Counted from the stretch's first letter, positions 10,576 to 21,547 are shown. The stretch is DNA of 64,000 nt from an uncultured Planctomycetota bacterium (GCA_963737655.1 CAVTTN010000002.1:4032001-4096000); one strand, 5' to 3'. Numbers and translations: made by a program. The notes: generated by a model not told the origin, from the sequence alone.

Positions 10576-11355
10576 TCGGGGAAGGCTCCGCGGGGCGATC
10601 GGGTCGGATGGGCAAGCGAGGGGTCGGGAGAGGATCGAGGCAATCTATCCGACCGGGGCGCCCTCGGACAAGGGCCGGGTCGGCGGAGGCATCGCCCTCG
10701 GCCGTCGGGTCGGAAGACCGGGCGGGATGGACGACCTGCGTGAATCCTGAGGTTGAGGCACGATCTAGATTTTCATGTTCGTCGTTTCAGCTCTTGAGTC
10801 CGTCAAAGGTCTGGAAACCATTTTCGCGGCGAAGTTGACTACACTTTTTGTCGGAAAAGCGCGAAAAGGGCGAGAATCAGGCTGGATTCGCGTGCGCAGT
10901 CACTCGTGCGCGAGCAGGAATCCTCACGTCGGCATTTTCCCAAATCCAGGTCGCAAGACCATTTTCTCAAAGGGGATGCGGCGCGGCCCTCCGCGAGCCG
11001 ATTCGCCCGCTCGGCGCGAAAATGCGCGCCTCTTCGGCGCGCCCGCGATTCATCCACGCTGTTGCAAGCGATGTCATGAACTCGTGCGGAATCGGCTTTC
11101 AAGAAATCCGAAGGGGACGGATTGTGTGATCGCCGGTGGCCCGGGTCGCGATGATCCAGGGACAGCGTCCCGCGTCGAGGCGCCGTCTCGATCCCGGCCG
11201 AGATCCCGGCAAGGGCTTGCGGACGGCCCCGGGTCGGGCGATCCTGAAGAGTGCATGGATTTCCCGTCACGGGGTGCCGCCCCACCCGTTATCAGAGAAG
11301 AATCCTCCCGGAGCCGACCCTCCTCATGGAATGCCTCGGACCCCAGTGCGCCTCG

Positions 11356-12148
11356 ATGATCCTGGAATGGCTGAAGGCACGGACCGAGGCGGCCCCGTCG
11401 GCCCCGGCCTCGCCCTCAACGGCCCCGTCCCAGGCGTCTCTTTGGAAGGCGGCGCCGTACCAGGAAGACGCCCCGACCCTGCGGACTCCGGCCGAGCTCG
11501 AAGGGGCCCTGGAACACCTCGAATACGCCATCTTTCGTCGATACGAGAATCAATTGACCCGCGCCGAGCGAGCGCGCCTGGATAATACGATCGAAAATGC
11601 GCTTTACAAGGTTGATCGCTATCGGTCCCGGCTCGAACCGGCCGAAAAAACGGCGCTGGAGCCGCGCTGCCGGGCCCTCCGCGAGACGGTGATCGAGGGC
11701 CGGGAACGCGCCGAGAGGATGAGGACCCAGGCCCGCCGGGCCGAGCTGAAGCTCGCGCGAGCTGGGGACGCTCACGCCCGAAGGGTTCGAGGAATTCGTG
11801 GCCGAGGTGTTCGAGGCGATCGGCTACCGGGTCGATCGGGTCGGCGGGACCGGGGACGAGGGGGCCGACCTCCGCGTGTCTCGGGGCGGCCTGCTCGGGG
11901 TGGTCCAGTGCAAGTATCACACGAGGGGCGTCGTCGGCTCGCCGGAGATCCAGAAGTTCCTGGGGACCATCCATCACACCAAGAGCCATAAAGGGTTCTT
12001 CGTCACGACGCGCACCTATTCCCTCTCGGCCGAGAAGTTCGCCGCCGATCACCCGATCGAATTGATCGACGGCCCGAGGCTCGTCGAGCTGGTCCAGGAG
12101 GCGATGGGCCCGGGGGCGAAGAAGGAGCCCGAGCCGACCTGGTTCTGA
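11356..12148 (+). CDS. Mrr-family (Mrr_cat) restriction endonuclease domain protein, frameshifted near 11757
   Basis: The C-terminal frame reads LTPEGFEEFVAEVFEAIGY..GGTGDEGADL..VVQCK..GFFVTT..IELIDG. The N-terminal helical part is in another frame. Confidence 0.8.
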
Positions 12149-12332
12149 TCGCCCGGGATTTCCGATCCACGGGCGCGACGTTTGCTTTCTCCTATCGAAT
12201 GTGACCTAAGGTTGGATCAGCGTTCTCATCGGAGATACGAGGCACTTGACTGGGGTTTGGCACGCGGCTAGCCTGACGATCGCACGACAGGATTCGTGCC
12301 GCCGTCTCCATCCCCAGCCAAGGAGGGTTCGC

Positions 12333-12572
12333 ATGGCCACCGTCGAGCGCAAGGCGGAGTTCGTCCCCCTGGAACTCCCCGAGGAATTCGAGGACCTGGA
12401 GGGCCTCCTCCGGTCGGACCTCCAGGCGATCATCGGGATGTTCGCCCAGCGCGCCCACGACCGCCTGTTCCTCACCCGCCGCGAGTTCCGCGAGCTCCAG
12501 GCCGAGCTGTGGAACGGGATGACCGAGGCGATCCGCACCGCCGTGGCGCCGCTGTCGGTCGAGAACCGCTGA
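12333..12572 (+). CDS. Hypothetical protein (79 aa)
   Basis: AGGAGG RBS, protein-like composition, first gene of an apparent operon with the flavoprotein. Confidence 0.7.
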   Translation: MATVERKAEFVPLELPEEFEDLEGLLRSDLQAIIGMFAQRAHDRLFLTRREFRELQAELWNGMTEAIRTAVAPLSVENR

Positions 12573-12603
12573 GGCGGCCGGTCTCCGGACGGGCGGGACG
12601 CTC

Positions 12604-13260
12604 ATGGCCAGAATCCTGCTCGGCGTGACCGGCTCGGTCGCCGCGATCCGAACCCCCGCCCTGTTCGCCGCCCTGATCGCGGCCGGGCACGAGGTCCGGG
12701 TGATCGCGACCGAGCCGGCCCTCCACTTCTTCGACCCCAACGACCTGGGACCGCCCGCCGAAGCCGGCGGGCCCGTCTTCCGGGACGCCGACGAATGGAC
12801 CCAGGGCGGCTGGAACCGGGGCGATCCGGTCCTCCACATCGCCTTCCGCGACTGGGCGGAGCTGCTGGTCATCGCCCCGCTCGATGCCAACTCCCTGGGC
12901 AAAATTGCCCTCGGCTTGTGCGACAACTTCCTCACCTGCGTCGTCCGCGCCTGGGATTTCGACCGGCCCGTGATCCTGGCGCCCGCCATGAACACGAAAA
13001 TGTGGGAAAGCCCCGCGACCTTGAGGCACCTCCGCCTCCTTCTTGACGATCGCGGCGACGGCCGACAGCCCGCCGGATGGACGCTCGCCGAAGCCGACTC
13101 GGTGTTCGCGGCCCATGCTCCGGGGATCATCCTGGTCCCGCCGATGAGCAAACGCCTCGCGTGCGGCGACGTGGGCGTCGGCGCGATGGCCGAGGTGGTC
13201 ACGATCGCCGAGACGGTCCGCCGATCGGCCGAGGACGAGCCTCAGCGGCGGGTCCGGTAA
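12604..13260 (+). CDS. coaC: HFCD flavoprotein, phosphopantothenoylcysteine decarboxylase-like
   Basis: Motifs ILLGVTGSVAA, VLHI..RDWAELLVIAPLDANSLGKIALGLCDN, APAMNTKMW and KRLACGDVGVGAMAE. Confidence 0.85.
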   Translation: MARILLGVTGSVAAIRTPALFAALIAAGHEVRVIATEPALHFFDPNDLGPPAEAGGPVFRDADEWTQGGWNRGDPVLHIAFRDWAELLVIAPLDANSLGKIALGLCDNFLTCVVRAWDFDRPVILAPAMNTKMWESPATLRHLRLLLDDRGDGRQPAGWTLAEADSVFAAHAPGIILVPPMSKRLACGDVGVGAMAEVVTIAETVRRSAEDEPQRRVR

Positions 13261-13592
13261 CCCAGGGACTTGAGGATCGTCTCGACCTCATCCCGGTGGT
13301 CCCCCTGGATGGCAATCTCGCCGTCCTTGACGGCCCCCCCGGCCCCGCACCGGGCCTTCAGCCGGGCGGCGAGCTCGTCGAGATGGCCGCCGACGTCCTC
13401 CAGCCCCCGGACGACCGTCACCAGCTTCCCCTTCGCCCGCTTCTCCGTGAGGACGCGGGCGGTTTGCTTCTCGGGAGGCGTCCGGACCGGCTCGACGACC
13501 GGAGGGGGGCAGGCGCACTCCGATTCGAGCTTCCCGCAGAGGTCGCAGGCCGGCGGTCGGTCCCAGGGCGTTCCGGCGAAGAGACGGCCCAC
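13242..13592 (-). CDS. yciH: SUI1/eIF1 family translation initiation factor
   Basis: Motif EKRAKGKLVTVVRGL..LKARCGAGGAVKDGEIAIQGDHR. Confidence 0.9.
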   Translation of the reverse strand: MGRLFAGTPWDRPPACDLCGKLESECACPPPVVEPVRTPPEKQTARVLTEKRAKGKLVTVVRGLEDVGGHLDELAARLKARCGAGGAVKDGEIAIQGDHRDEVETILKSLGYRTRR

Positions 13593-13617
13593 GGCTCGGG
13601 TCCTCGAAAACCTCGGG

Positions 13618-14112
13618 TCACTCGTCCGAATAGCGGGGGAACAGCGACACGCCGAGGCTCGCCCTCTTGGCGTAGAGGTATTTCAGGTGATAATCCAGGT
13701 GAGAGACGTAGCCGACCAGGAGTTTGGCGAGCGACTTCGGGCCGTCCTCGGTATGCAGGCCCGATCGGGCGAAGTCCGCCTCGGGACACTTGCGGAGGAT
13801 TCGGACCATCCATCGGCGATTGGCGGCGAACAGGGCCAGCGCCTCGTCGACGGGCATGGATTGGGAGACGAGCCGGTCGATCCAGGCATCCTGGTCGTAG
13901 GCCTGGAGGGTGGGGTTGTCCTCGGCGATCACCCGTTTCATCCGCTCGATGCCGACGGAGTCGGAATCGACCATGTGGGCGACGAGCTCGGCGATGCTCC
14001 AGGCCCCCGGTCCGGGCCGGGCGGCCTGCTGATCGGGCGAGAGGCCCTGGGCCGCGTAGGCCAGCAATTCGGGGCCGGCGGCGTAGCGATCGATCACCAG
14101 ACTCGCATTCAT
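13618..14112 (-). CDS. DinB/YfiT family protein
   Basis: Motifs PGAWSIAELVAHMVD, AYDQDAW and HLDYHL. Confidence 0.85.
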   Translation of the reverse strand: MNASLVIDRYAAGPELLAYAAQGLSPDQQAARPGPGAWSIAELVAHMVDSDSVGIERMKRVIAEDNPTLQAYDQDAWIDRLVSQSMPVDEALALFAANRRWMVRILRKCPEADFARSGLHTEDGPKSLAKLLVGYVSHLDYHLKYLYAKRASLGVSLFPRYSDE

Positions 14113-14618
14113 CTCGAAGCCTCCGGACCGCTCCCGGTCTTCCGCCAGATGGCCAGTTGGGGGTTGTTGTATTCGAGGAACCAGATTTCCTCCTCCACCC
14201 CGAGCTCCTCGGCGAACCGGTGGGCGACCAGGTGATTGACGACCTCCAGGGAGGCCGCCAGGAAGTCGGTCCTCGGCGGCCCGCCGACGCTCCTCGGGTT
14301 GTGGAAGATGAACCGGATCACCAGGACCCGTTCGTCCACGGGGCCGGACGGCGAGAGATACCGGCCGTCCATCTCGTAGATCGAGTAGCCCCGAGACGCC
14401 TGGCAGAGGGTCTGGACCCAGAGTTCGTCGTCGAAGTTCGGGTCTTTTCGGCGGTTGGCCTCGATGGCGGCGATCACGAACGGGACTTGACGGATCGCGT
14501 CCTCGCGGAACAGGTCTTCCAGGACCTCCTGGACCTTGCCGAAATAGCCGAGCTTCTTGGGCAGGAGGACCTCGTACATCCGGGCGGGCTTGGGCCCCTC
14601 CAGCTCATAATCGGGCAT
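14109..14618 (-). CDS. Hypothetical protein
   Basis: Protein-like composition; 4-bp overlap with the DinB gene. Confidence 0.7.
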   Translation of the reverse strand: MPDYELEGPKPARMYEVLLPKKLGYFGKVQEVLEDLFREDAIRQVPFVIAAIEANRRKDPNFDDELWVQTLCQASRGYSIYEMDGRYLSPSGPVDERVLVIRFIFHNPRSVGGPPRTDFLAASLEVVNHLVAHRFAEELGVEEEIWFLEYNNPQLAIWRKTGSGPEASR

Positions 14619-14816
14619 GAACGTCCTCCCGCCGGCCCCGGATCGCCTCTTCCCTCGACTCTACCGATCGGCCGCCCGCCTTCCCAGGGCAACGCCCGGT
14701 CGTGCTCCCGATTGATCGGACCGGGCCGTCCCGGTATACTTTCCTGACCATCTTCATGGGGATACGAAACATTCATGGGGCGGGCCCCGCCCGTCCCTCC
14801 AAGAAGGTAATTGGTG

Positions 14817-16589
14817 ATGGCCTCGAAGGACGCGAAGCCCAGCAAGGTCGAGGGGATCAAGCTGGAGAGCGGCTATCTGCGGGGGCCTCTGGAGACTGAG
14901 GTCCTTGACCTCGCCACCAACCACATCAGCGAGGAGGCCGGGGTCGTCCTCAAATTCCACGGCTCCTACCAGCAAGACGACCGCGATTTGCGGACCCAGC
15001 TCAAGAGGGAGGGGAAGGACAAGGCGTTCTCGTTCATGGTCCGCACCCGAATCCCCGGCGGCAAGCTGACTTCGGCGCAGTACCTGGCCCACGACGAGCT
15101 CGCCCGGACCGTCGGCAACGGGACGCTTCGGATCACGACCCGCCAGGAATTCCAGATGCACGGCGTCCTCAAGGAGGACCTGAAGGCCGTCGTCCGCCGG
15201 ATCAACGAGTCGCTCCTCTCGACCCTGGCCGCCTGCGGCGACGTGGAGCGGAACGTCCTGGCCTGCCCCGCGCCGATCCACGACGGCATCCGCGCCGAGA
15301 TGCAGGCCGATTGCGATCGGTTCGCCTCGCACTTCGCCCCCCGGGCCTCGACGTACTGGGACATCTGGCTCGACGGCGAGAAGATCGACAACCCCCTGCT
15401 GCCTCCGGCCGGGCCGATCCTCGTGCCGTCGGCCGGAGACGACCCGGTCGAGCCGATTTACGGCCGGGCCTATCTCCCCCGCAAGTTCAAGACGGCCTTC
15501 GCCTTCCCGTTCGACAACTGCACGGACGTCTTCGCCAACGACCTGGGTTACCTCGCCGTGATCGAGGCCGGCCGGATCGTCGGCTATAACGTGCTGGTCG
15601 GCGGAGGACTTGGGACGACCCCCAGCGCCGGCAAGACCTTCCCGGCCCTGGGCCAGCCCCTGGCGTTCGTCGATCGCGAGGAGTTCCTGGCCGTCGGCGA
15701 GGCGGTCGTGAAGGTCTATCGAGACCTCGGCAGCCGCTCCGACCGCAAGCGGGCGCGATTGAAATATGTGATCCACGACATGGGACTACCCGCGTTCCGG
15801 GAGACCGTCGAACAGTACCTCGGCCGCCCCCTCGCCGACCCCCGGCCGAACCCGGTCACCGAGGTCCACGACCACCTCGGCTGGCACGAGCAGGGAGACG
15901 GCCGGCTGTTCCTCGGCCTGCCGATCGAGAACGGTCGGATCAAGGACGAGGGCCCCGTCCGGATCGCCTCGGGCCTCCGCGAATTCTTCGCCCGGTTCGA
16001 GACGCCCGCCCGGCTGACGTGCGGCCAGAAAATCCTCCTGATCGACATCGAACCAGGGCGCAAGTCGGACGTCGAGCAGCTTTTGCGTTCGTTCGGCGTC
16101 CCGATGGCGGAGGAGGTCTCGACGAGCCGCCGATGGTCGATGGCCTGCCCGGCCCTGCCGACCTGCGGCCTGGCCGTGACCGAGGCGGAGCGGGCCTTGC
16201 CCTCCCTGATGGACCAGCTCGAATCGGGCCTCGCCGAGATCGGCCTGGGCGACGAGCGGTTCACCGTGCGAATGACCGGCTGCCCCAACGGATGCGCCCG
16301 CCCGTACAACGCCGACGTGGGACTCGTCGGCCGATCCGCCGTGAAGACCGATCACGGCGGCAACGAGGCCGGGACTTATACGATCTTCCTCGGAGGAAGC
16401 ACGCTCGGAGGCCGGCTCAACCGCGTCTTCAAGGATTACGTGCCGTTCGATCAGGTCGCGCCGGAGTTGCTCGCCGTCCTGACCCGATTCCGGGACGAAC
16501 GGAACCCCGGCGAGCCGTTCGGCGACTTCTGCCACCGGCTGGGGAACGAGGCGCTGGGAGGCGGTGCCGAGGCGTCAGGCGAAGAGTGA
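14817..16589 (+). CDS. cysI: Sulfite/nitrite reductase hemoprotein subunit (siroheme, 4Fe-4S)
   Basis: Motifs LKFHGSYQQDDRD, LRITTRQ, ACGDVERNV, YLPRKFK, ACPALPTCGLA and RMTGCPNGCARPY. Confidence 0.92.
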   Translation: MASKDAKPSKVEGIKLESGYLRGPLETEVLDLATNHISEEAGVVLKFHGSYQQDDRDLRTQLKREGKDKAFSFMVRTRIPGGKLTSAQYLAHDELARTVGNGTLRITTRQEFQMHGVLKEDLKAVVRRINESLLSTLAACGDVERNVLACPAPIHDGIRAEMQADCDRFASHFAPRASTYWDIWLDGEKIDNPLLPPAGPILVPSAGDDPVEPIYGRAYLPRKFKTAFAFPFDNCTDVFANDLGYLAVIEAGRIVGYNVLVGGGLGTTPSAGKTFPALGQPLAFVDREEFLAVGEAVVKVYRDLGSRSDRKRARLKYVIHDMGLPAFRETVEQYLGRPLADPRPNPVTEVHDHLGWHEQGDGRLFLGLPIENGRIKDEGPVRIASGLREFFARFETPARLTCGQKILLIDIEPGRKSDVEQLLRSFGVPMAEEVSTSRRWSMACPALPTCGLAVTEAERALPSLMDQLESGLAEIGLGDERFTVRMTGCPNGCARPYNADVGLVGRSAVKTDHGGNEAGTYTIFLGGSTLGGRLNRVFKDYVPFDQVAPELLAVLTRFRDERNPGEPFGDFCHRLGNEALGGGAEASGEE

Positions 16590-16786
16590 ATCGACCGCCA
16601 GACGCCAGCCCGGAACGGCCGGCTCGGCCTCGGCCACCTGACCCCGGCCGTAGACGAGGGGGTAGGAAGCGTCCGGGGATCGCCGCTCGGCCCGGCCCGG
16701 ATGATCCTCCCGGCGATCAACTCGGCCTTGCCCTCGACCCGGGAGGGGTCGTCGAGCGTCGCGGATGTGTTGGTCGCGGTGGCCAT
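16575..16786 (-). pseudogene. Internally deleted Uma2/DUF820 endonuclease remnant
   Basis: N-terminus ATLDD..RVEGKAELIAGRII and C-terminus YGRGQVAEAEPAVPGWRLAVDSLF lie in different frames only about 200 bp apart. Confidence 0.6.
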
Positions 16787-17096
16787 GCGGCCTCTCCCCC
16801 TCGATCGGGTGTTTTCTACGATCGAAGATCGCACGATCTTCGATCCTCATACCATGCGGAGCGTGTGTCCCGCATGGGGGAATCCCCCTCGGGTGGCTGG
16901 GGTCGAGGGGTATCGCTCTGGAATCTGGAACTTCTGGGGTGCCCCCGGTTCGAGAACCGGAGGCACCCGAAAAAACTCCAGATTCGGGAGCTACACCCGG
17001 GGTCAAGCCTCGGAGCGCCTCCGGCTTGACTCAGGGCTCGGCCCGCGATCAGAATCCTCGGGTCGGCGCCCGGCAACTCGGTGGGAGCGAAGCTAG

Positions 17097-17840
17097 ATGG
17101 GTCCGTTCGCCGTGATCTTGCCCGCCGCCGGCCGCTCGTCTCGGTTCGGCGACCCGACTCAGAAGAAAATTTATGCCGATCTCGATGGCCGGGCCGTCTG
17201 GCTCCGGGCCGTCGAGCCGTTCGTGAATCGGGACGATGTGGCCCAGATCCTGGTGGCGATCGCGGCCGAGGATCGCGAGCTTTTCGAGAGGCGTTATCGG
17301 GCCAACGTGGCGTTCCTGGGAATCCAGGTGATCGAAGGCGGCGCCGAACGTCATGAAACGGTGGCCAAAGCGCTCGAACATGTCGATCCGAAGTGCGAAT
17401 TCGTGGCGGTCCACGACGCGGCCCGGCCTTGCGTGCCGATCGCGCTGGTCGATGCGGTCTTCGCCTCGGCCAGAGAGCACGGAGCGGCGATCCCGGGTCT
17501 TGCCGTGGCCGACACCCTGAAGCGAGTCGGGGACGACGGACGGGTCTCCGAAACCGTGCCCCGGGCCGGCCTGGTGGCGGTCCAGACGCCCCAGGCATTC
17601 CGCAAGGATTGGCTGGTGGCGGCCTATGCGAATCGGTCGCGAGTGGCCGGGATCACCGACGATGCCCAGCTGGTCGAGGCCCTGGGGCATCCGTGCCACG
17701 TGGTCCCCGGCTCGCCGTTCAATCGGAAGATCACCGAGGCGGCTGACCTGACGATCGCCTCGGCGTTGCTCGGCGCGATGCCGAGTCCGAAGCCGGCGAG
17801 GTCTGTTCATCCGTTCGCGGATGAACGTGCGATGTGGTAA
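17097..17840 (+). CDS. ispD: 2-C-methyl-D-erythritol 4-phosphate cytidylyltransferase
   Basis: Motifs ILPAAGRSSRFG, GGAERHETV, VHDAARP, VQTPQAF, TDDAQLVE and NRKIT. Confidence 0.95.
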   Translation: MGPFAVILPAAGRSSRFGDPTQKKIYADLDGRAVWLRAVEPFVNRDDVAQILVAIAAEDRELFERRYRANVAFLGIQVIEGGAERHETVAKALEHVDPKCEFVAVHDAARPCVPIALVDAVFASAREHGAAIPGLAVADTLKRVGDDGRVSETVPRAGLVAVQTPQAFRKDWLVAAYANRSRVAGITDDAQLVEALGHPCHVVPGSPFNRKITEAADLTIASALLGAMPSPKPARSVHPFADERAMW

Positions 17841-17929
17841 CAAAGTTGGCCTTCGGGCCTTGATTCCTCGCGGTCGAATCGCTACGTTGCCCCGAGATCC
17901 GCCGCCCGCGGCCCGGAGACCTCCCGGCG

Positions 17930-18922
17930 ATGCCGGCCAACCTGCCTCCACAATACCTTAAGGTTGAGGAGGAGTATCGCCGCGCGGGTTCCGCGGCGGA
18001 ACGGCTGGAATCGCTCCGCGAATTGTTCAAGCTCCTGCCCAAGCACAAGGGGACGGAGAAGCTCCAGTCGGACCTGAAGCAGAAGATCAGCCGGGCCCGC
18101 GACGAGATCGACGGGGCCCGGGCCGGCGGCAAGAAGGCGGGGATCAGCCACCGGGTTCCCCGCGAAGGGGCCGGCCAGGTCGTCCTGATCGGGCCTCCGA
18201 ACTCCGGCAAGAGCTCGATCCTGGCGGCGATCACCAATGCCAGGCCCGAGATCGCGGCCTATCCGTTCACCACCCGGGCGCCTCAGCCGGGAATCCTGAC
18301 CCATCGCGAGGTCCGTCTCCAGGTCGTCGACCTGCCTTCGGCGTCCCCGGAGTTCTTCGAGCCCTGGGTGCCCGGCCTGGTCCGCTCGGCCGATGCGGCG
18401 TTGCTCGTGGCCGACCTTTCCGACGATGACGGGATCGACGCGACCGAGGCCGCCGTCCGCCGCCTGGCCGAGGCGCGGACCGAGCTCGTGGGCGACCTGC
18501 CCTTCGACGTGGACGATGAGGCCCTCCAGCACGTCAAGACGGTGATGGTGGCGAACAAGGCCGACGCCGACGGGGCCGCCGATCGCCTGGAGCTGCTCCG
18601 CGAGTGGTTCGGCCCGCGATTCCCGATCCTCCCGACCTCGGCGAAGGCCGGATCGGGCCTGGACGACGTCCGCGATGCGGCGTACGATTTGCTAGGCGTC
18701 ATACGGGTTTACACCAAGGTCCCCGGCAAGCCGGCGGACCGTTCCAGCCCGTTCGCAATCCCCGAGGGCAGCACGGTGGCGGACCTGGCTCGGGCGGTTC
18801 ATCGCGATCTGGAGCAGTCCCTGAAGTTCGCCCGGGTCTGGGGCTCGGGCGTCTTCGAGGGCCAGACGGTCAAGAGGGATCACGAGCTCCAAGACGGTGA
18901 TGTCGTGGAGCTCCACGCATGA
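17930..18922 (+). CDS. DRG/OBG-like GTPase with TGS domain
   Basis: Motifs MPANLPPQY, PKHKGTEKL, GPPNSGKSS, YPFTT, NKAD and a C-terminal TGS domain (DHELQDGDVVELH). Confidence 0.9.
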   Translation: MPANLPPQYLKVEEEYRRAGSAAERLESLRELFKLLPKHKGTEKLQSDLKQKISRARDEIDGARAGGKKAGISHRVPREGAGQVVLIGPPNSGKSSILAAITNARPEIAAYPFTTRAPQPGILTHREVRLQVVDLPSASPEFFEPWVPGLVRSADAALLVADLSDDDGIDATEAAVRRLAEARTELVGDLPFDVDDEALQHVKTVMVANKADADGAADRLELLREWFGPRFPILPTSAKAGSGLDDVRDAAYDLLGVIRVYTKVPGKPADRSSPFAIPEGSTVADLARAVHRDLEQSLKFARVWGSGVFEGQTVKRDHELQDGDVVELHA

Positions 18923-18951
18923 GCCGCCCGGTCTCGGGTGGGGAGGCGCGG

Positions 18952-19800
18952 ATGGATGGGGCCCTGATCGTCGAGGACGACCCGGATCAGGCGAACTTGA
19001 TGGCCGGGCTCGTCTCGCTCTGCAATCTCCACCCCACGATCGTCGGATGCGGCCGGGAGGGCGTCTCCCTGGCCCGGCGACTCGCCCCGTCGATGGTCTT
19101 CCTCGATATCATGCTCCCGGATACCGACGGCTTCGAGGTCTGCCGCCGGCTCCGCTCCGACCCGGCGACGCGAAATACCCCGATCGTGATGGTCACGGCG
19201 ATGAACGAGCCGCTCTATCGCCAGAAGGGCTATCGGGTCGGGGCGAACGCCTACGTCACCAAGCCCTTCGCCGCCGAGGACCTCTTCGCGGCGATCGACT
19301 CGGCACGCTCCTGGAGGGACCGCCTGGACCGCGGCCGCGTCCAGGGGGAGATCCACGTCGAGCTCAACAGCGAGACCCCGCTGCTCCAGGAAGTCAACGA
19401 GTTCCTGACCGGCCTCTGCCGCGAGACGCCCATGTCGGGCGACCAGATCGCCCAGCTTCGCCAGTCGATCATGGAGATGGGCCAGAACGCCATCGAGTGG
19501 GGCAATCGCCACCGGTCGGACCTGCTGGTCACGATCACCTACCGGGTCTACGACGATCGGGTCGAGGTCGTGATCCGCGACGAGGGCACGGGATTCGATC
19601 CCAGGACCCTGCCTCACGCCGCCTCGCCCGAAGACCCGGTCGCCCACATGGACGTCCGCGAGAAGCTCGGCCTCCGCGAAGGCGGCTTCGGGCTGCTGAT
19701 CTCGCGAGGGATGCTCGACGAGTTGCGATACAATGCTCGGGGCAACGAGGTCACCCTCCTCAAGAGGTTTTCCTCGTCCCTTCCGGTCGCGCGCCGATGA
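18952..19800 (+). CDS. Response regulator fused to RsbW-type HATPase (anti-sigma factor kinase-like)
   Basis: REC domain (IVEDD, LDIMLP, VTKPF) followed by EMGQNAIEWGN, IRDEGTGFDP, GGFGL and YNARGNEV; GGAGG RBS. Confidence 0.87.
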   Translation: MDGALIVEDDPDQANLMAGLVSLCNLHPTIVGCGREGVSLARRLAPSMVFLDIMLPDTDGFEVCRRLRSDPATRNTPIVMVTAMNEPLYRQKGYRVGANAYVTKPFAAEDLFAAIDSARSWRDRLDRGRVQGEIHVELNSETPLLQEVNEFLTGLCRETPMSGDQIAQLRQSIMEMGQNAIEWGNRHRSDLLVTITYRVYDDRVEVVIRDEGTGFDPRTLPHAASPEDPVAHMDVREKLGLREGGFGLLISRGMLDELRYNARGNEVTLLKRFSSSLPVARR

Positions 19801-21008
19801 GCCTGAGGGCCGTACCCCCCATGAAACGGTCCCAATTGCCCGCGTTCATGGTCGTCGATGACGAGGCCCATGTCCTCGAATCGATCCATGACCAGTTTCG
19901 CCTCCAGTATCGCGTCAGCACCTTCGAGACGCCGAGGGAGGCGCTGGCCGCCCTGGATGCGGTCGATCCGGCCGTGGTGCTCTCGGACCAGAGGATGCCC
20001 GGGATGACCGGGGTGAACTTCCTGCGGGAGGTCAAGCTCCGCCGGCCCGACGCCTCCCGCCTCCTGTTCACCGGCTACGCCGACATCAACGCCGTGATCG
20101 ACGCGATCAACGAGGGCAATGTCTACCGATATATCAACAAACCGTGGAACTCCGAGGAGATGGACGCCACGATCCGCCAGGCCGTCGAGAGGCACCGGCT
20201 CCTGGTGGAACGGCGATCGCTCATGGAGGAGCTCCAGGCGACCAACGCCCGGTTGAGGGAGGCCGACGACCTCAAGAAGGCGTTCATCGAGGTCGCCAGC
20301 CACGAATTGAACACCCCGGTCGCCGTGATCCTCGGCATGGCCGACCTCTGGAAGATGATGAGGGAATCCACCCAGACCGCCCCGGAGCGCGCCTGGCTCG
20401 ATCGCATCCATGGCGCCGGGCGGAGGCTGGCGCAGACGGTGGAGCGGATGCTCAAGTTCCTCCGGGCCGACCATTTCGACGAACCGCTCGCCGCCGAGCC
20501 CACGGACCTGGAAACCCTGGTCCGGAACGCCGTCGCCGACGTGGCCCCGTTCCTGGAAGCGAGGCACCAGGAAGCCCGGATCGAGATCGCCGAGGGCCTG
20601 GGGCACGCGGAGCTGGACCCGGCGAAGATCGGCGACGTCCTGACCAACTTGCTGGTCAACGCCATCAAGTTCACGCCCGACGGCGGCCGGATCACCGTGA
20701 TCGCGGGCCCGCAGGACGACGACCGCGTGCGGTTCCAGATCGTCGACACCGGCATGGGGATCTCCCCGGCCGATCACGCCCACCTCTTCGAACCGTTCTT
20801 CACCGGCTACGACACGCTCCACCATTCCTCGGGCGAATACCAGTTCGGCAAGAAGGGGATCGGCCTGGGCCTCAGCCTGGTCAAGTCGTTCGTCGAGCTC
20901 CACGGCGGCTCGGTCGAATTCGTGAGCTCGCCGGCCTCCGGGTCCACCTTCGGATTCACCTTGCCCCGGAGGCTGCCCGGCCGGATTCCGACGAACGGAC
21001 GGCCCTGA
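19797..21008 (+). CDS. Hybrid REC-HisKA-HATPase sensor kinase
   Basis: Motifs VVDDE, SDQRMPGMTG, ASHELNTP, NLLVNAIKFT, DTGMGI and GIGLGL; ATGA overlap with the upstream gene. Confidence 0.92.
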   Translation: MSLRAVPPMKRSQLPAFMVVDDEAHVLESIHDQFRLQYRVSTFETPREALAALDAVDPAVVLSDQRMPGMTGVNFLREVKLRRPDASRLLFTGYADINAVIDAINEGNVYRYINKPWNSEEMDATIRQAVERHRLLVERRSLMEELQATNARLREADDLKKAFIEVASHELNTPVAVILGMADLWKMMRESTQTAPERAWLDRIHGAGRRLAQTVERMLKFLRADHFDEPLAAEPTDLETLVRNAVADVAPFLEARHQEARIEIAEGLGHAELDPAKIGDVLTNLLVNAIKFTPDGGRITVIAGPQDDDRVRFQIVDTGMGISPADHAHLFEPFFTGYDTLHHSSGEYQFGKKGIGLGLSLVKSFVELHGGSVEFVSSPASGSTFGFTLPRRLPGRIPTNGRP

Positions 21009-21219
21009 TCGAGCCGAGGGCCGGTCATGCGCCAGGGCCGCTTGGTTTTCGAGTCCGCCCAGAGACTTTGCGGTCGAAGCCGCGAGAAGAAGGAAACGGC
21101 CCTGGGTCTTTCTCGCCTCCGCTTGGACCGGCGCCGGGAATCGAGTACGATTCGGGTGGGGCGCTCGACCCTTCGCGCTCGGAGAGGAGCCGGGGCCGGG
21201 GCCGTCCCGATCGAGGAGG

Positions 21220-21504
21220 ATGCCCTGGATGGATCAGCCGCCGTTCCATTTCGAGCCGATGTGTTCCGCCCCGGAGTGCGGACGCTCCGGCGTCTTCAAG
21301 GTCGCGGCCCCGTGGAGCTACGGCTCCAGCCGCGAGCTGAAAAACTACGGGCTCTGTTGCGAGCTGCACAAGGACGAGCTCCTCGCCCGTTCCCTGCAAA
21401 AGGCCGACGGCCTGATCCTGGCCGAAGGGGAAGACGTCGGGCCGATCGGCGTCTACCAGATCCTTCCCGGGGTCCGCGACACCGAGTTGTCCCGCGTCGA
21501 GTGA
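21220..21504 (+). CDS. Small Cys-rich hypothetical protein
   Basis: GAGGAGG RBS; CxxxxC and CCxxH motifs suggest metal binding. Confidence 0.7.
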   Translation: MPWMDQPPFHFEPMCSAPECGRSGVFKVAAPWSYGSSRELKNYGLCCELHKDELLARSLQKADGLILAEGEDVGPIGVYQILPGVRDTELSRVE

Positions 21505-21547
21505 CCTCGTCCGGCCGTCGACGATCGATTCCTCGGGAGGGAACCCG

